Assembly (NCBI GenBank): GCA_963733095.1
Contig: CAVTBV010000003.1
Coordinates: 63,502-127,501 of the forward strand
DNA: 64,000 nucleotides
Direction: 5' to 3'
Source of the DNA: Candidatus Bathyarchaeota archaeon
Lineage (GTDB): Archaea; Thermoproteota; Bathyarchaeia; Bathyarchaeales; Bathycorpusculaceae
Shown here in pieces: positions 48,812 through 59,019 of the stretch; the stretch's first letter is position 1; each line of letters begins with the position of its first letter. The position numbers were made by a program, and so were the translations under genes. Below the pieces are notes generated by a model. It saw only the letters and a list, made by a program, of their open reading frames with translations. It searched no databases and was not told the DNA's origin.

Positions 48812-48892
48812 CAATTCTTTTACATCCAACATACCATAAGTCTAATATGCCGATTAAATTCTTTTCATACCAACATCTCTGGAGCAGACCCA

Positions 48893-50113
48893 ATGGAGGA
48901 AAAAGAGGGCTACGTTGCAGATTTTCCAAGCGAAATAATTAAGGAAGGCAACGTTCAAGTCTTAGTGCCTAAACTCTCTGCCTACGGTGTCGTCCCATCC
49001 GATTATGCTCCATCCAAAGCTCCCGTCTTCTACAACCCCGTAATGGAATTCAACCGTGACCTAACCGTTTTAGCCTTCAAAGCTTACCAGCATATATTTA
49101 ACCATGAAATAAGCATCTGCGAACCCTTCACCAGCCAAGGAATACGCGGTATCCGTTTCGCGGCGGAAATCGACGGTGTATCAAGGGTGCTGCTCAGCGA
49201 CATCAACTCCTCCGCTTATGAACTGGCAAAACACAACATCCAACTAAACAATCAGCAACACAAAATCACCCTCAAAAATAAGGACGCCAACTGCGTTCTA
49301 AGCTGTAACGCTTCACCAAAAAAACGCTTTGATATCGTTGATATAGACCCATTCGGTACTCCAGTGCCCTACTTGGATTCGGCATTTACAGCCCTAAAAA
49401 ACAAGGGCTTATTGGCGGCTACTGCCACGGATTTGGCGCCGCTTTGTGGAGTTCATGCTAAGGCTTGTGTGCGCAAGTACGGTGGCAAACCGCTGCGCAC
49501 AGAATATTGCCATGAGTTGGCAGTGCGGCTTTTAGCGGGTTGCATGGCTTCGGTGGCAGCGAAACATGACATCGGAATCCGAATTCTCTTTAGCCACAGC
49601 AGCGACCACTACATCCGAGTTTACGCCCAAATCGCCTACGGCTGCCAAAAAGCCGACGAAAGTCTCAAAAACACAGGGTACATCCTTCACTGCTTTAACT
49701 GCCTACACAGAGAAGCTGCTCATAAAATTTTTGGCAAAACGGACCAGTGCCCCGAGTGCGGCTCAAAAATGGAGCAAGCAGGCCCCTTATGGATTGGGGG
49801 TATCTCCGACCCCGCCTTCATCGATCAAATAATTATAGAAAATAAGAATATCGCTTTCAAAAAAAGCGCTAAAATCACAAAACTCCTAACCCTGACAAAA
49901 AACGAAGCCACGTTTCCCGCCACTTACTATGTGATTGACAAGTTAAGCGGGAAACTAAACCTTCCTGCTCCATCAAACCAAGCCTTTCTGACCGCGCTCC
50001 AAAACAGTGGCTACCAGGCAGTACCAACCCATTTCAACCCACGAGGCATAAAAACAGACGCACCAGCGCTAATTATGCATAAGCTACTCAGAGAAATTGG
50101 GACAATGAAATAG
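48893..50113 (+). CDS. trm1: tRNA (guanine-26-N2)-dimethyltransferase
   Basis: VFYNPVMEFNRD, GIRGIR, DIDPFGTP, TATD, HYIRV, GPLWIG, THF. Confidence 0.93.
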   Translation: MEEKEGYVADFPSEIIKEGNVQVLVPKLSAYGVVPSDYAPSKAPVFYNPVMEFNRDLTVLAFKAYQHIFNHEISICEPFTSQGIRGIRFAAEIDGVSRVLLSDINSSAYELAKHNIQLNNQQHKITLKNKDANCVLSCNASPKKRFDIVDIDPFGTPVPYLDSAFTALKNKGLLAATATDLAPLCGVHAKACVRKYGGKPLRTEYCHELAVRLLAGCMASVAAKHDIGIRILFSHSSDHYIRVYAQIAYGCQKADESLKNTGYILHCFNCLHREAAHKIFGKTDQCPECGSKMEQAGPLWIGGISDPAFIDQIIIENKNIAFKKSAKITKLLTLTKNEATFPATYYVIDKLSGKLNLPAPSNQAFLTALQNSGYQAVPTHFNPRGIKTDAPALIMHKLLREIGTMK

Positions 50114-50180
50114 TGAACGACTTTTTTGCAACAAAAGTTTAAAGAGCAAAACCTGTGTTCTAACAAGTAAGTGAGCATTC

Positions 50181-50990
50181 ATGAATGATAAAATCACAGT
50201 TATTGGTGCGGGCATGATGGGAAGCGCTATAATTAAAAGTCTCGTTAAGGGCAACTACGGAGGCAAGATAACAGCAGTTGACATTGCACCAGAAAAGCTC
50301 GGTGACCTAGAAAAGCTGGGTGTCCAGGTTTCCTCTGATAATCGCCTTTCCGTAGTCCACGCTGATATTGTATTTATTATTGTTAAACCTGGTGATGTAG
50401 CGAAGGTCCTAAAAGAAATCAGCAATGAAATCAAGGGAAAACTCTTAGTCTCTGTTGCTGCTACCGTGCCATTGAGTTTTCTGAAGAAGAATGCTCCAGT
50501 CGAATGTAAAATAGTTAGAATAATGCCGAATCTTGGAGCAATGGTGCAGGCAGCTTACATTGCGTATTGCTGCGGAGAAAATGTGACAGCTGAAGATAAA
50601 GAAAAAGTCAAAACGCTCCTCAACATGATGGGTGAGTGTGACGAAGTAGATGAGAAATACATGGATGCCATCACTGCGGTCAGCGGAAGCGGACCCGGCT
50701 ACATGTCCATAATCATAGAAGCCTTAACCTACGCGGGCTTGAAGGTTGGATTGCCAAGAAACATCGCCCTCAAATGCGCCGCCCAAACTGTCATGGGAAC
50801 GGGCAAACTCGTGATCGGCCTAAACGAAGACCCTGCAAGAATCAAAGACATGACCACCACCCCCGGCGGAACAACCATCGAAGCCATCTACCAAATCGAA
50901 CAATCACAAATCCGACCCGCCATGATTCGTGCCATCGAAGAAGCCACCAAAAAAAGCCAAACCATACGAGAAAAACTCAACCTTACATAG
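50181..50990 (+). CDS. proC: Pyrroline-5-carboxylate reductase
   Basis: IGAGMMG, RIMPN, TAVSGSGPGY, TTPGGTTI. Confidence 0.95.
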   Translation: MNDKITVIGAGMMGSAIIKSLVKGNYGGKITAVDIAPEKLGDLEKLGVQVSSDNRLSVVHADIVFIIVKPGDVAKVLKEISNEIKGKLLVSVAATVPLSFLKKNAPVECKIVRIMPNLGAMVQAAYIAYCCGENVTAEDKEKVKTLLNMMGECDEVDEKYMDAITAVSGSGPGYMSIIIEALTYAGLKVGLPRNIALKCAAQTVMGTGKLVIGLNEDPARIKDMTTTPGGTTIEAIYQIEQSQIRPAMIRAIEEATKKSQTIREKLNLT

Positions 50991-50999
50991 CGAAAAAGC

Positions 51000-51656
51000 A
51001 TGTTTGAAGCAGTAATCTGCGATTGGGACGGAACTCTCGCCGACACACGAAAAGCCATCGTAATTTCATTTCAAAAAGCACTTAAAGAAATCAACCTCGA
51101 AGTCCCCGCCTACTATGTGGAACGCAGAATGGGTATCGGTGCAGCTGAAACCTTCCGCGATATTCTCGCCGTCGCAAAAAAACCGATTGATGAAAAAGTT
51201 GTGCAGCAGTTGGTTGAAAGAAAGAGTCAAATGCAAATCGAATTAGCTAAAGAAGTTGTAATGTTTGAGGGCGCACGAGAGCTTTTGCAGTCGTTGCGAG
51301 GTAAGATGAAGGTGGGGTTGGCATCGATGAATAACCGCTCCGTTGTTATGCGCCTGCTTAAAATGAACGACTTAACGGATTGTTTTGATGCGGTTTTAAC
51401 GGTTGAAGAAGTTTCCCACTCTAAGCCAAACCCAGAAATCTTTCTAAAAACTGCTGCTCAACTCAAAGCGATCCCTAATATGTGTGTAGTTTTGGAGGAC
51501 TCGCTTTTCGGTGTTAAAGCTGCTAAATCTGCCCTAATGAGTTGCATCGCCGTTACTACAGGCGCCTACACTGCGCCAGAACTTAAAAAAGAAAACGCTG
51601 ATTTAATCGTTAAAACCTTAAAAGACCCTCAAATCTTCAAGTTTATCCTACAGTAA
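51000..51656 (+). CDS. HAD family phosphatase
   Basis: DWDGTL, SKPNPEIF, EDSLFGV. Confidence 0.9.
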   Translation: MFEAVICDWDGTLADTRKAIVISFQKALKEINLEVPAYYVERRMGIGAAETFRDILAVAKKPIDEKVVQQLVERKSQMQIELAKEVVMFEGARELLQSLRGKMKVGLASMNNRSVVMRLLKMNDLTDCFDAVLTVEEVSHSKPNPEIFLKTAAQLKAIPNMCVVLEDSLFGVKAAKSALMSCIAVTTGAYTAPELKKENADLIVKTLKDPQIFKFILQ

Positions 51657-51751
51657 ACTCGATGCACTTGTGGTAGCGCGCTAGCAACAACATAGCTTTA
51701 AACATTTATCGCAGAAATATACTTTTATTCTCTAACTGAAGGAAGGATTTT

Positions 51752-52021
51752 TTGACAGTGCAGCTAAGGAAACGAAATAGACCCTCTATATTCCAAGTCT
51801 TGCTCCTCGAAAATGACGCCAGTGAAGACGTTGCAGTTCAAGAAGCAAAACAAGTAGATTTTTCCCAAGTCAAAGAGCACCTCAAAAACGGGGGCTCAGT
51901 CTTCATAACAAGCAAAGGCTCACAAAAACTTTCCCTGCCAAAAGCCAAAGCTCAACAAAACTACAGCAGATCCAGACGAACTTGTGGATTCCTCTTCCAA
52001 CAACACATGAGAAAATCATAA
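51752..52021 (+). CDS. Hypothetical protein
   Basis: GAAGGA RBS then TTG; 89 aa. Confidence 0.6.
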   Translation: MTVQLRKRNRPSIFQVLLLENDASEDVAVQEAKQVDFSQVKEHLKNGGSVFITSKGSQKLSLPKAKAQQNYSRSRRTCGFLFQQHMRKS

Positions 52022-52327
52022 AATGTGACGTGCATCCAAACAATTTTCCTTTATCCCCTCTCTCTTCCAACCTTTGGGTGCACGCCGCTCCGCTAACCAA
52101 CTTTTTGTTTGTTGTTGAAGCAGAAAAATCTGTTAGTGACAACTACTACCAAAAGATTACCTGGTTGCTGCGTCTTTTTGTTAAGTTCTCTTCGGTTGTG
52201 TAAGTTGCCACAAATCTCTTTTTAGAACCCTGAAATTTTACTTAAAGAAGCCATTAATTGCCCTCCAAGATATCTATGCCTTGGATATGCAAGGTGTTAT
52301 TCTCGATTTGGGTAAGGCGTACAATGG

Positions 52328-52570
52328 ATGTGCCAATGGGATTTGGTCGAGCAGGAGAGCGAGTGGCAAATATTCCGTGAAATTAATCGTCTAGAAAGGG
52401 TTTTACCATCAAAGTACTCTTTTTTATTAGATGAAAATGGTAGAGCAACATTATATGTGAGAAGCCTTCAAGATCCTTTAATCCTTCAACATATTCCAGG
52501 TGAATTTCAATCGTTCCTAAGGTGCCCTTTGCCGAGGTTGGTTGAAAGGGAACATTTTTGGGCTCCTTAA
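52328..52570 (+). CDS. Hypothetical protein
   Basis: 80 aa ORF in otherwise empty region; no recognised motif. Confidence 0.35.
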   Translation: MCQWDLVEQESEWQIFREINRLERVLPSKYSFLLDENGRATLYVRSLQDPLILQHIPGEFQSFLRCPLPRLVEREHFWAP

Positions 52571-52746
52571 ACGGCGAGTGTACTACACCAATAGTTTGCA
52601 GGTTAATTTACCTGTCAATATTACATATCTTCTGACCAGATATTGTGAAATGCTTGCAATTAAAATGTTAGTGTACAGGGTATCGGTCGCTTGTGAACTA
52701 TGGTCAACTTTAAATTATTTAACACGTAGAGGTATTTGGTGAAATT

Positions 52747-53163
52747 ATGGCAAAACTTAAAGCGAATGCGAAACTTCTTGAAAATGTCCGTTTAGAAACC
52801 GACAATGGTAGAGGACACAAAGTTATCTGTGATTTGTCTGAAGCAGCAGGAGGAACAAATGCTGGAGCTTCGCCACTGGAGCTTGCATTGATGGCTTTGG
52901 CTGGGTGTGGAGTCATCATATACGCAGACGTCTGCAAGAACAGCAAAGTTGACCCAGGAAAAATCGAGATAAATGTTGAAGCTGAAAAAACAGGCAGTTC
53001 CCCAACATTAACAGGTGTAACGATGAAGGTAAACATTGATTCTCCAGCACGGAAAGCTTTAGTGGAAGCAGCTTGGAGACGAACTGAAGCAAACTGCCCA
53101 GTGATGTTTGTCTACAAGGAATCAGTGCCAGTCAAAATTGAATTAGATATCAAAGCGCCATAA
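52747..53163 (+). CDS. OsmC family protein
   Basis: GGTNAGASPLELALMALAGC...NCPV. Confidence 0.88.
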   Translation: MAKLKANAKLLENVRLETDNGRGHKVICDLSEAAGGTNAGASPLELALMALAGCGVIIYADVCKNSKVDPGKIEINVEAEKTGSSPTLTGVTMKVNIDSPARKALVEAAWRRTEANCPVMFVYKESVPVKIELDIKAP

Positions 53164-53204
53164 TAACCAATAACTTTTTTTATATTAGAAGGAGGTGATT
53201 TTAT

Positions 53205-53489
53205 TTGTTGTATGAAGCTGAACATATGCATCCTGCAGCACAATGTCCCCTAAACAGCGAACAAGGAAAAGCGATGCTCAAAGAGCTTTTTTCAGAAGCT
53301 AACGTTAAAAATGCTGGAATAAAAATTGATTCAGCTTACATGAGCTGTCCAAAAGACAGCCAAGCCGACCACAAAGGCTTCTTTGCTGTAGAAGCAGACA
53401 GTCCTGAAACAGTTACAAAATTTTTCGGTCCACTGACTGTGCAATTAAGAGAAGTAGTGCCATTAAGCGAAGTCGCAAAGACTCTGTAG
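53205..53489 (+). CDS. Hypothetical protein (His/Cys motif, ferredoxin-like alpha/beta pattern)
   Basis: GGAGGTGA RBS then TTG; HMHPAAQCP, DHKGFFAVEADS. Confidence 0.65.
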   Translation: MLYEAEHMHPAAQCPLNSEQGKAMLKELFSEANVKNAGIKIDSAYMSCPKDSQADHKGFFAVEADSPETVTKFFGPLTVQLREVVPLSEVAKTL

Positions 53490-53782
53490 TCAATTTTTTA
53501 TGAAGAATTTTCTGTTGTTGAGGGAATGATAAAACCACATTGCTCTCTCCCTTTTTTGATAACCTTTTTTAATTAAGCTCTTCTACAGTCAAGTGAGGAG
53601 AAGGAGAAATGGAAGAAGGAATTCTGTTTAATGTAAGCCAGCCCAACTGTACCCATCAAAAACAGGAATTTTACAAGCAAACACGCTTTGACGTACTAAA
53701 CGGCTTCGAATTTAAATTGACTCGCTGTCTTAATTGCCACAAAATTGTGGAGTTAGAAGCAAAAAAATTCTCAAAACTTTAG

Positions 53783-54193
53783 CTACTCTTTTTTCGCGTA
53801 AAGATAAAGTTCTCCCTGTTTTAAGGCGTCTAAAGCATTCTGGGTTTCTAGAGATGTCAGCTTGCAGGTTTTGGTGGCTTTTAGGAAGGGAAGTTTTTCA
53901 GGTGCATTTTGGAGTATATGCAGTTCTTCCCAAGTTACTTTGAGGTCCTCGGAGGGAATATGCGTATCAACATCCAAAGCCCATGCGCCTGCGTCTAATT
54001 CGTCGCCTTCAGCTAAGGCTGTGAATGGACCAAGCAGGGACTTGTCATCGGTGTTGTAGAGGAAAATTATTGAGCCAATCTTGATTTGGTCTTCCGCTGG
54101 TTTGGTTTTTTCATCTGCACATGTGTAACGTTTGTTGCTTAAACATTGCTGTTGGGATGTTTTGTTACAGAAAAAGATGTATCCGTCGTACAT
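53783..54193 (-). CDS. DCD (development and cell death)/EVE-like domain protein
   Basis: GYIFFCN..SQQQCL, IKIGSIIFLYN....LLGPFTA pattern. Confidence 0.65.
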   Translation of the reverse strand: MYDGYIFFCNKTSQQQCLSNKRYTCADEKTKPAEDQIKIGSIIFLYNTDDKSLLGPFTALAEGDELDAGAWALDVDTHIPSEDLKVTWEELHILQNAPEKLPFLKATKTCKLTSLETQNALDALKQGELYLYAKKE

Positions 54194-54654
54194 AACTCAG
54201 TGAAACCTTCTGTACAAGTTGGATTCGTGTCCGCGTTTATTTCCTTTTCTTTTTTAGTGCGCGCTATGAAAGAGTATGTTGGTTCATTGGTGAATCCACA
54301 ACGATATTTATTTCATCAACCCCATACCACAACACACAGATACCACTGCCCAAACCCATAGTCCTTTTCCGAAACCTACGTACACACCGAAAACAACAGC
54401 AGCCCAAAACCCCAAATTCATCAGCACCATTCAATCCAAATATGTTTTCTTGAAGCGAAGCATACCGCGCAGGAATAGCTGTGACCTCCATAATCGGTGT
54501 CACAGTGGCGGCAATATGAGCGATTAAGATGCGGCAGCAGACGACGAGTTGCTTGAAAATCCCGTAGACAAATAGTCTAAACAGCCCTGTCCACCTAACC
54601 GTTAATATTAGAAAATTTTATTAAAGCTGGATTTACTGTTGCTATTTCTGTTAG

Positions 54655-56079
54655 GTGGAATGCGCTTTAAAGACTGTTTCAGTAGCAAAGTTTGGCGGAA
54701 GCCTCCTTGATGTAGAAGGCAGAGGAATCCCCAAAATTATAAAGCGAATAAAAGAAATCAGAGATAAAGATGATTGTGGACCGGTAACCGTGTTTTCTGC
54801 GCCTATCGGTTGCACGGACGCGCTCATCCGAATAGGCGAATCCCATGCGCAGGCGTGTGCGTTGCCTCTGGATCCTGTTTTTGAAGTCTATGAAAACTTG
54901 ACGAAACTCTACGTTAAAGGAGAATACTTAAAACCAGCCCAAGATGAAATGGCAAACTACAAAGCATTAACTCAGACCACTTTAAACGCTGTGAACAAGC
55001 GGTTTATTGGCACCATCAAAGCACGAACTCTCACATTAGGCGGTGAACGTGCGATGTCTTGTCTGATGTATTATATTCTAAGGAGTAACAAAATTGATTC
55101 ATTCGCTCTCTCCATGGAAGACTGGCCCGTCGTAACCGACGACAACTTTGAAGACGCCCTTCCAAACTACGATTCAAGCAAAAAAAGGCTCCATACACTA
55201 ATCGAACCCCTTGAAGAGGGCAAAGTTGTTTCGATGGCAGGTTTCTTAGGCGTTACAGCGGACGGACTTGAAACAATCCTTGGAAGAGGCGGCTCAGATT
55301 TAACCGCAGTTTTTGTTTCTTGCCTTCTAAAAGATGTTTACTCGACAAAAACGCTCCTCTACAAAGATGTGCCAGTTCAGAGCGCTGACCCCAAAGTGGT
55401 TAAGGGACAAAAGACCGAACACGTAGATGCCTTAACCTACAACGAAGCCCATAAAGCCTCCATGATGGGAATGAAAATCGTGCAGAGCCCAGCAATCGCC
55501 ATGGCAAGGCGCTTTGGTCAGCCGTTAATGGTCGTGCCAATAGATGAGCCCAAAAAGTTCTCTGTAATCGAAGCTGAAACAGTCGGCGGCGAAGTCGTCA
55601 AATGCTTAACAGGCAAATCTGGCTGTGCAATCCTCTCCATGAATGACGAAAAAAGCCGCTCGCTAGAAGATTCCCTTCGGATTTGGGAACGCAGAAACGA
55701 CTTCATGGATCTAGGCGCCGAAACCATGGAAACGGGCGAGCGTATCCGAGACTTCCTCTTCTTAGACTCAGACTTCCTAAAGAAAAACGAGGAAAAACTC
55801 AAGGGCTTCGATGAGAACCTGCGGATTGATTATGGTTTAGGCGTGGTGACGCTTATTGGCGACCGCATGAAAGATTCTCCCGGCGTCGCATCGTTAGCCA
55901 TCAGCGCCATCTCAGGTATCAACATTAAACGCGGCATCTTCGCACCCCACACATCCCAAATAATTCTTGTTGTCCACGAAAAGAACGTCAACGCAACCGT
56001 CGCTGCCATCCACAACAAAAAACAAGAACTCAACAAACAGCCGCCAGACTGGCCAATGGGCTTTCAATCCACAGCCTAA
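54655..56079 (+). CDS. lysC: Aspartate kinase with ACT domain
   Basis: VAKFGGS, LGRGGSDLTA, SADPKVV, GDRMKDSPGVA. Confidence 0.85.
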   Translation: MECALKTVSVAKFGGSLLDVEGRGIPKIIKRIKEIRDKDDCGPVTVFSAPIGCTDALIRIGESHAQACALPLDPVFEVYENLTKLYVKGEYLKPAQDEMANYKALTQTTLNAVNKRFIGTIKARTLTLGGERAMSCLMYYILRSNKIDSFALSMEDWPVVTDDNFEDALPNYDSSKKRLHTLIEPLEEGKVVSMAGFLGVTADGLETILGRGGSDLTAVFVSCLLKDVYSTKTLLYKDVPVQSADPKVVKGQKTEHVDALTYNEAHKASMMGMKIVQSPAIAMARRFGQPLMVVPIDEPKKFSVIEAETVGGEVVKCLTGKSGCAILSMNDEKSRSLEDSLRIWERRNDFMDLGAETMETGERIRDFLFLDSDFLKKNEEKLKGFDENLRIDYGLGVVTLIGDRMKDSPGVASLAISAISGINIKRGIFAPHTSQIILVVHEKNVNATVAAIHNKKQELNKQPPDWPMGFQSTA

Positions 56080-56324
56080 GACCGCCACTTCTAAACGCAA
56101 CTTCATTTTTGTTTGTTTCAAGCAGAGTTTTGGATAATAAAGCAGTCTTGACTGCGTTGCCGTTTGTGCCATTATTGAAGTATCTGAACACTCGTTTCAG
56201 ATTCTGTTTTTTTAATTTTTCAGCCATTCCTTAAGCTGTTCATCAGGGCGAGTGGTAGAAAAAGGATATAACTTTAAAGCTGTTGTATCAATAGGAAATC
56301 GGTCTTAGCTAGCAGGAAGCAGCT

Positions 56325-57449
56325 TTGTCAGGCGTTACAAAGTACCTTTCAGTTAAACGGTCCGTTCTCTTCATGGTAGCGGGCTTGGCAGCCTTTGTCA
56401 TTTACCTGTACTTCTTCATCGGCATACCAAGAATACTCAAGGTATTGGATGGCATTAACTCTGTCAACTACGCCTTCTTCTACAGTCTGGCGCTTATCTC
56501 CGTGCTTGCTTCTGTATTTTTTTGGTCAACCGCATGGAACAACATCTTAAGAAGCCTCTCAGTCAAAATCTCATATCGAAAAGCTTACCTTTACTATTGG
56601 GTGGGCTACTTCAGCGATTTAGTCCTTCCATGCGCAACCATATGCGGCGAATTAACCCGCCTATACCTTGTGCAGAAACAAACCGACAAAGACTACGGGG
56701 TCCTCGCCGCTTCTGCAGTAACTAACCGCATAGTCGCCTACACCATAGTCACCATCGGACTCTACAGTGGAGGCAGTTTGATTTTTCTAAAACCCAGAGT
56801 ATCTCCCGTAATAACAAATTTATTTATCGTTTTCTTATTCGGCGTAACGTTCTATTTGGCGGTGCTTCTTTACTTAGCATTCGTAAAGCATGCAGCTAGA
56901 AACTTTGCTTTGGTGTACCAGAAAATCCAAAAAACCTTCCGCCCCAAACATTATAGCCCCTACAAAGAACTGCAGACAAAACAATCCCTAGAAAACTATT
57001 ATTCGGGTTTCAAAATATTTCGTGAAAAACCCCGATTGCTGATAAAACCTTTCATTCTGCATGTGTTGTCTTACTTTTTCGGGATATCCGTATATATTCT
57101 AATATTCTATGCAATAGGAATCCCATCCTCCATTGAATTCTACGTCGTAGTTTACTTCATAGCTACGGCAATTCAGGATGCGGCAGCAAGCTTCTCGGTG
57201 GGTTCGCTGGAAATAGTTTTAACCAGCATCTTTTTGCTGTATGGTATACCATTGGACAAATCTTTCATAACAGCTTTACTTGTGAGAAGTGCGGGTTTCT
57301 GGTTCCCGTTGTTTGTAGGTTTTTTGGCTGTTCAAATAATGGGTGCGAGAAACTTGATAGCCAAAAGTCCCGAGCTAAAAGTTGAAGACGGCAAGGTTAC
57401 CTTGGATCAAACAGGACCTAAAGGTAGCGCCAAAGTTGCCTATGAATAA
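56325..57449 (+). CDS. UPF0104 / LPG-synthase-TM (flippase-like) membrane protein
   Basis: PCATICGELTR, VGSLE, RSAGFWFP. Confidence 0.82.
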   Translation: MSGVTKYLSVKRSVLFMVAGLAAFVIYLYFFIGIPRILKVLDGINSVNYAFFYSLALISVLASVFFWSTAWNNILRSLSVKISYRKAYLYYWVGYFSDLVLPCATICGELTRLYLVQKQTDKDYGVLAASAVTNRIVAYTIVTIGLYSGGSLIFLKPRVSPVITNLFIVFLFGVTFYLAVLLYLAFVKHAARNFALVYQKIQKTFRPKHYSPYKELQTKQSLENYYSGFKIFREKPRLLIKPFILHVLSYFFGISVYILIFYAIGIPSSIEFYVVVYFIATAIQDAAASFSVGSLEIVLTSIFLLYGIPLDKSFITALLVRSAGFWFPLFVGFLAVQIMGARNLIAKSPELKVEDGKVTLDQTGPKGSAKVAYE

Positions 57450-57541
57450 CACTTTTAGTTACCTCTCCCCCACTCCGCAAGGTCGCGTGGACACCTGCCT
57501 TTTAAGCTTTATCCACAATATCGGAGGCTTCGTGAACTAAC

Positions 57542-57772
57542 ATGACTCAAACCGAAATAGCCACTGAAGAAGACCTTCTTGTATCCCTAACATTCCACAA
57601 CTTCTCCGCAAAAACCTTAAAAGAATTCGCCCAAAAAATAGTTAAACCTTACTTCGGCGGCAATATGAACCAAGCAATAAGAAGCCTAATGGAAAAAGCC
57701 ATCAACGAAGAAACAATTGTCACCCAAGCCCTAATCACAAACAATAGAACTGCAAAGCTTTCGTTACCATAG
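57542..57772 (+). CDS. Small hypothetical protein (RHH-like)
   Basis: LKEFAQKIVKPYFGGNMNQAIRSLMEKAI. Confidence 0.6.
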   Translation: MTQTEIATEEDLLVSLTFHNFSAKTLKEFAQKIVKPYFGGNMNQAIRSLMEKAINEETIVTQALITNNRTAKLSLP

Positions 57773-57994
57773 AGTCTGGTCTTGGTTAACCGAACGCGCA
57801 ATTCTCTCTCTGGAACCAATGTTCTCATACTTTATTGAGGGACCCTCTTTCCATAGGGTTTCATAGACCTTTTGAAATTCTTGGGTTGAAAGTCTTTTTT
57901 GATTCTCCATTTTTGCGGTAGCTTGAGCTATTTCTTCGTCTGATTTCTCTTTGTTGTTGTTTTTGAGCGCATCAACTAATCTGCTTTTAGACAT
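57764..57994 (-). CDS. Small hypothetical protein
   Basis: AGGAG RBS then ATG (MSKSRL). Confidence 0.5.
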   Translation of the reverse strand: MSKSRLVDALKNNNKEKSDEEIAQATAKMENQKRLSTQEFQKVYETLWKEGPSIKYENIGSRERIARSVNQDQTLW

Positions 57995-58182
57995 GTTTTT
58001 TCTCCTTTCGTTAAATTCTTGACGTTTTGGCGTAGCATTTACTCTACTATTGCATCTACTGTTCTGCATAATCAGTTGCCTGAGGATAAAAGCGAGATTT
58101 CGTCTGGAAAAACATGTCATAAACTAAATTGTTTATTCAGTTGGAAGTATGTCAAAAAGAGGAATATGTTTCAGAAGTGTCT

Positions 58183-58731
58183 TTAAACTGAAGGCGCTGT
58201 TAAGGAGTGAACAAAGTCGAGTTTGTGGGTTTGAACCCATTTGTAGTTTATGTTCATTGTCGCATTTTTGCTCTTGCGGCGTACAAGAAATATTATCAGA
58301 ATGCTTCCAACAATGGCAATTATTATAGGTATTGCAAGATAGGCAAGTGGGCTGCCTGAGTTGTTATCCGGTAATTCAGGGTCTGTAATGTAAGAGAAGC
58401 TCACTTGGACGGAGTTAGGTAGGTCATTCTCAAAGTTCAACGTGTAATTTCCATCTTGCTGCGCAACAAAATTGAAAGTAGCGGCTTTGTCGACTAAGCC
58501 CAAGTTAACGATGCTAGAGCCGTTGGGGTCGCTTACCCAAACACGGATAGTGCCTGTGGTGGTGATTGAGCCGTTAAAAATTGTTTCCGCGGGAAGCACA
58601 ATAGGTATCTGCGCTGAAGAAGAGGAAAGGCTGAACGCTGGAAGTGTGGTTGCAGAGGCTGAAAGAACAATAAGGGGTAACACAAGCAGCATCGCTAACA
58701 AACTAAATGATAGTAGTTTAGTTTTCTTCAT
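58183..58731 (-). CDS. GOLD (emp24/p24)-like domain surface protein with C-terminal TM
   Basis: Signal peptide, VSDPNG, FNFVAQQDGNYTLNFEN, TM then RRK. Confidence 0.72.
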   Translation of the reverse strand: MKKTKLLSFSLLAMLLVLPLIVLSASATTLPAFSLSSSSAQIPIVLPAETIFNGSITTTGTIRVWVSDPNGSSIVNLGLVDKAATFNFVAQQDGNYTLNFENDLPNSVQVSFSYITDPELPDNNSGSPLAYLAIPIIIAIVGSILIIFLVRRKSKNATMNINYKWVQTHKLDFVHSLTAPSV

Positions 58732-59019
58732 TTTTTCCACTTACGTAAGTTAGGTAAATAGAAAATGGCCATATTAATAATCTCGATGTAAAAGGAAAAA
58801 TAGAAAAGGTCAGAAAAGCAATTAAATAACACAGAATTTTATGTGAACCTCTCAGAAATTATTTGCCTACGAATGCGTAATCAACACATAACTAATTCCT
58901 CATTTTAGCGATCTGAAAAAGTCATAAGATAGTTTGGCGCTATGCAGGCTTAGGATTACTCTGCTGCAAAATTGGCAGTAGATTTGCGCTCTAAATCTCT
59001 CATTGGCAGCTCGGATATA

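Noticed and set aside
48632-48892. N-terminal extension of Trm1
   Set aside because: Overlaps the divergent NTPase gene; ATG 48893 has an upstream GGAG
54264-54530. 79-aa minus-strand ORF, or plus-strand linker plus TM remnant
   Set aside because: No recognisable motif; plus frame has an internal stop; too degraded to call
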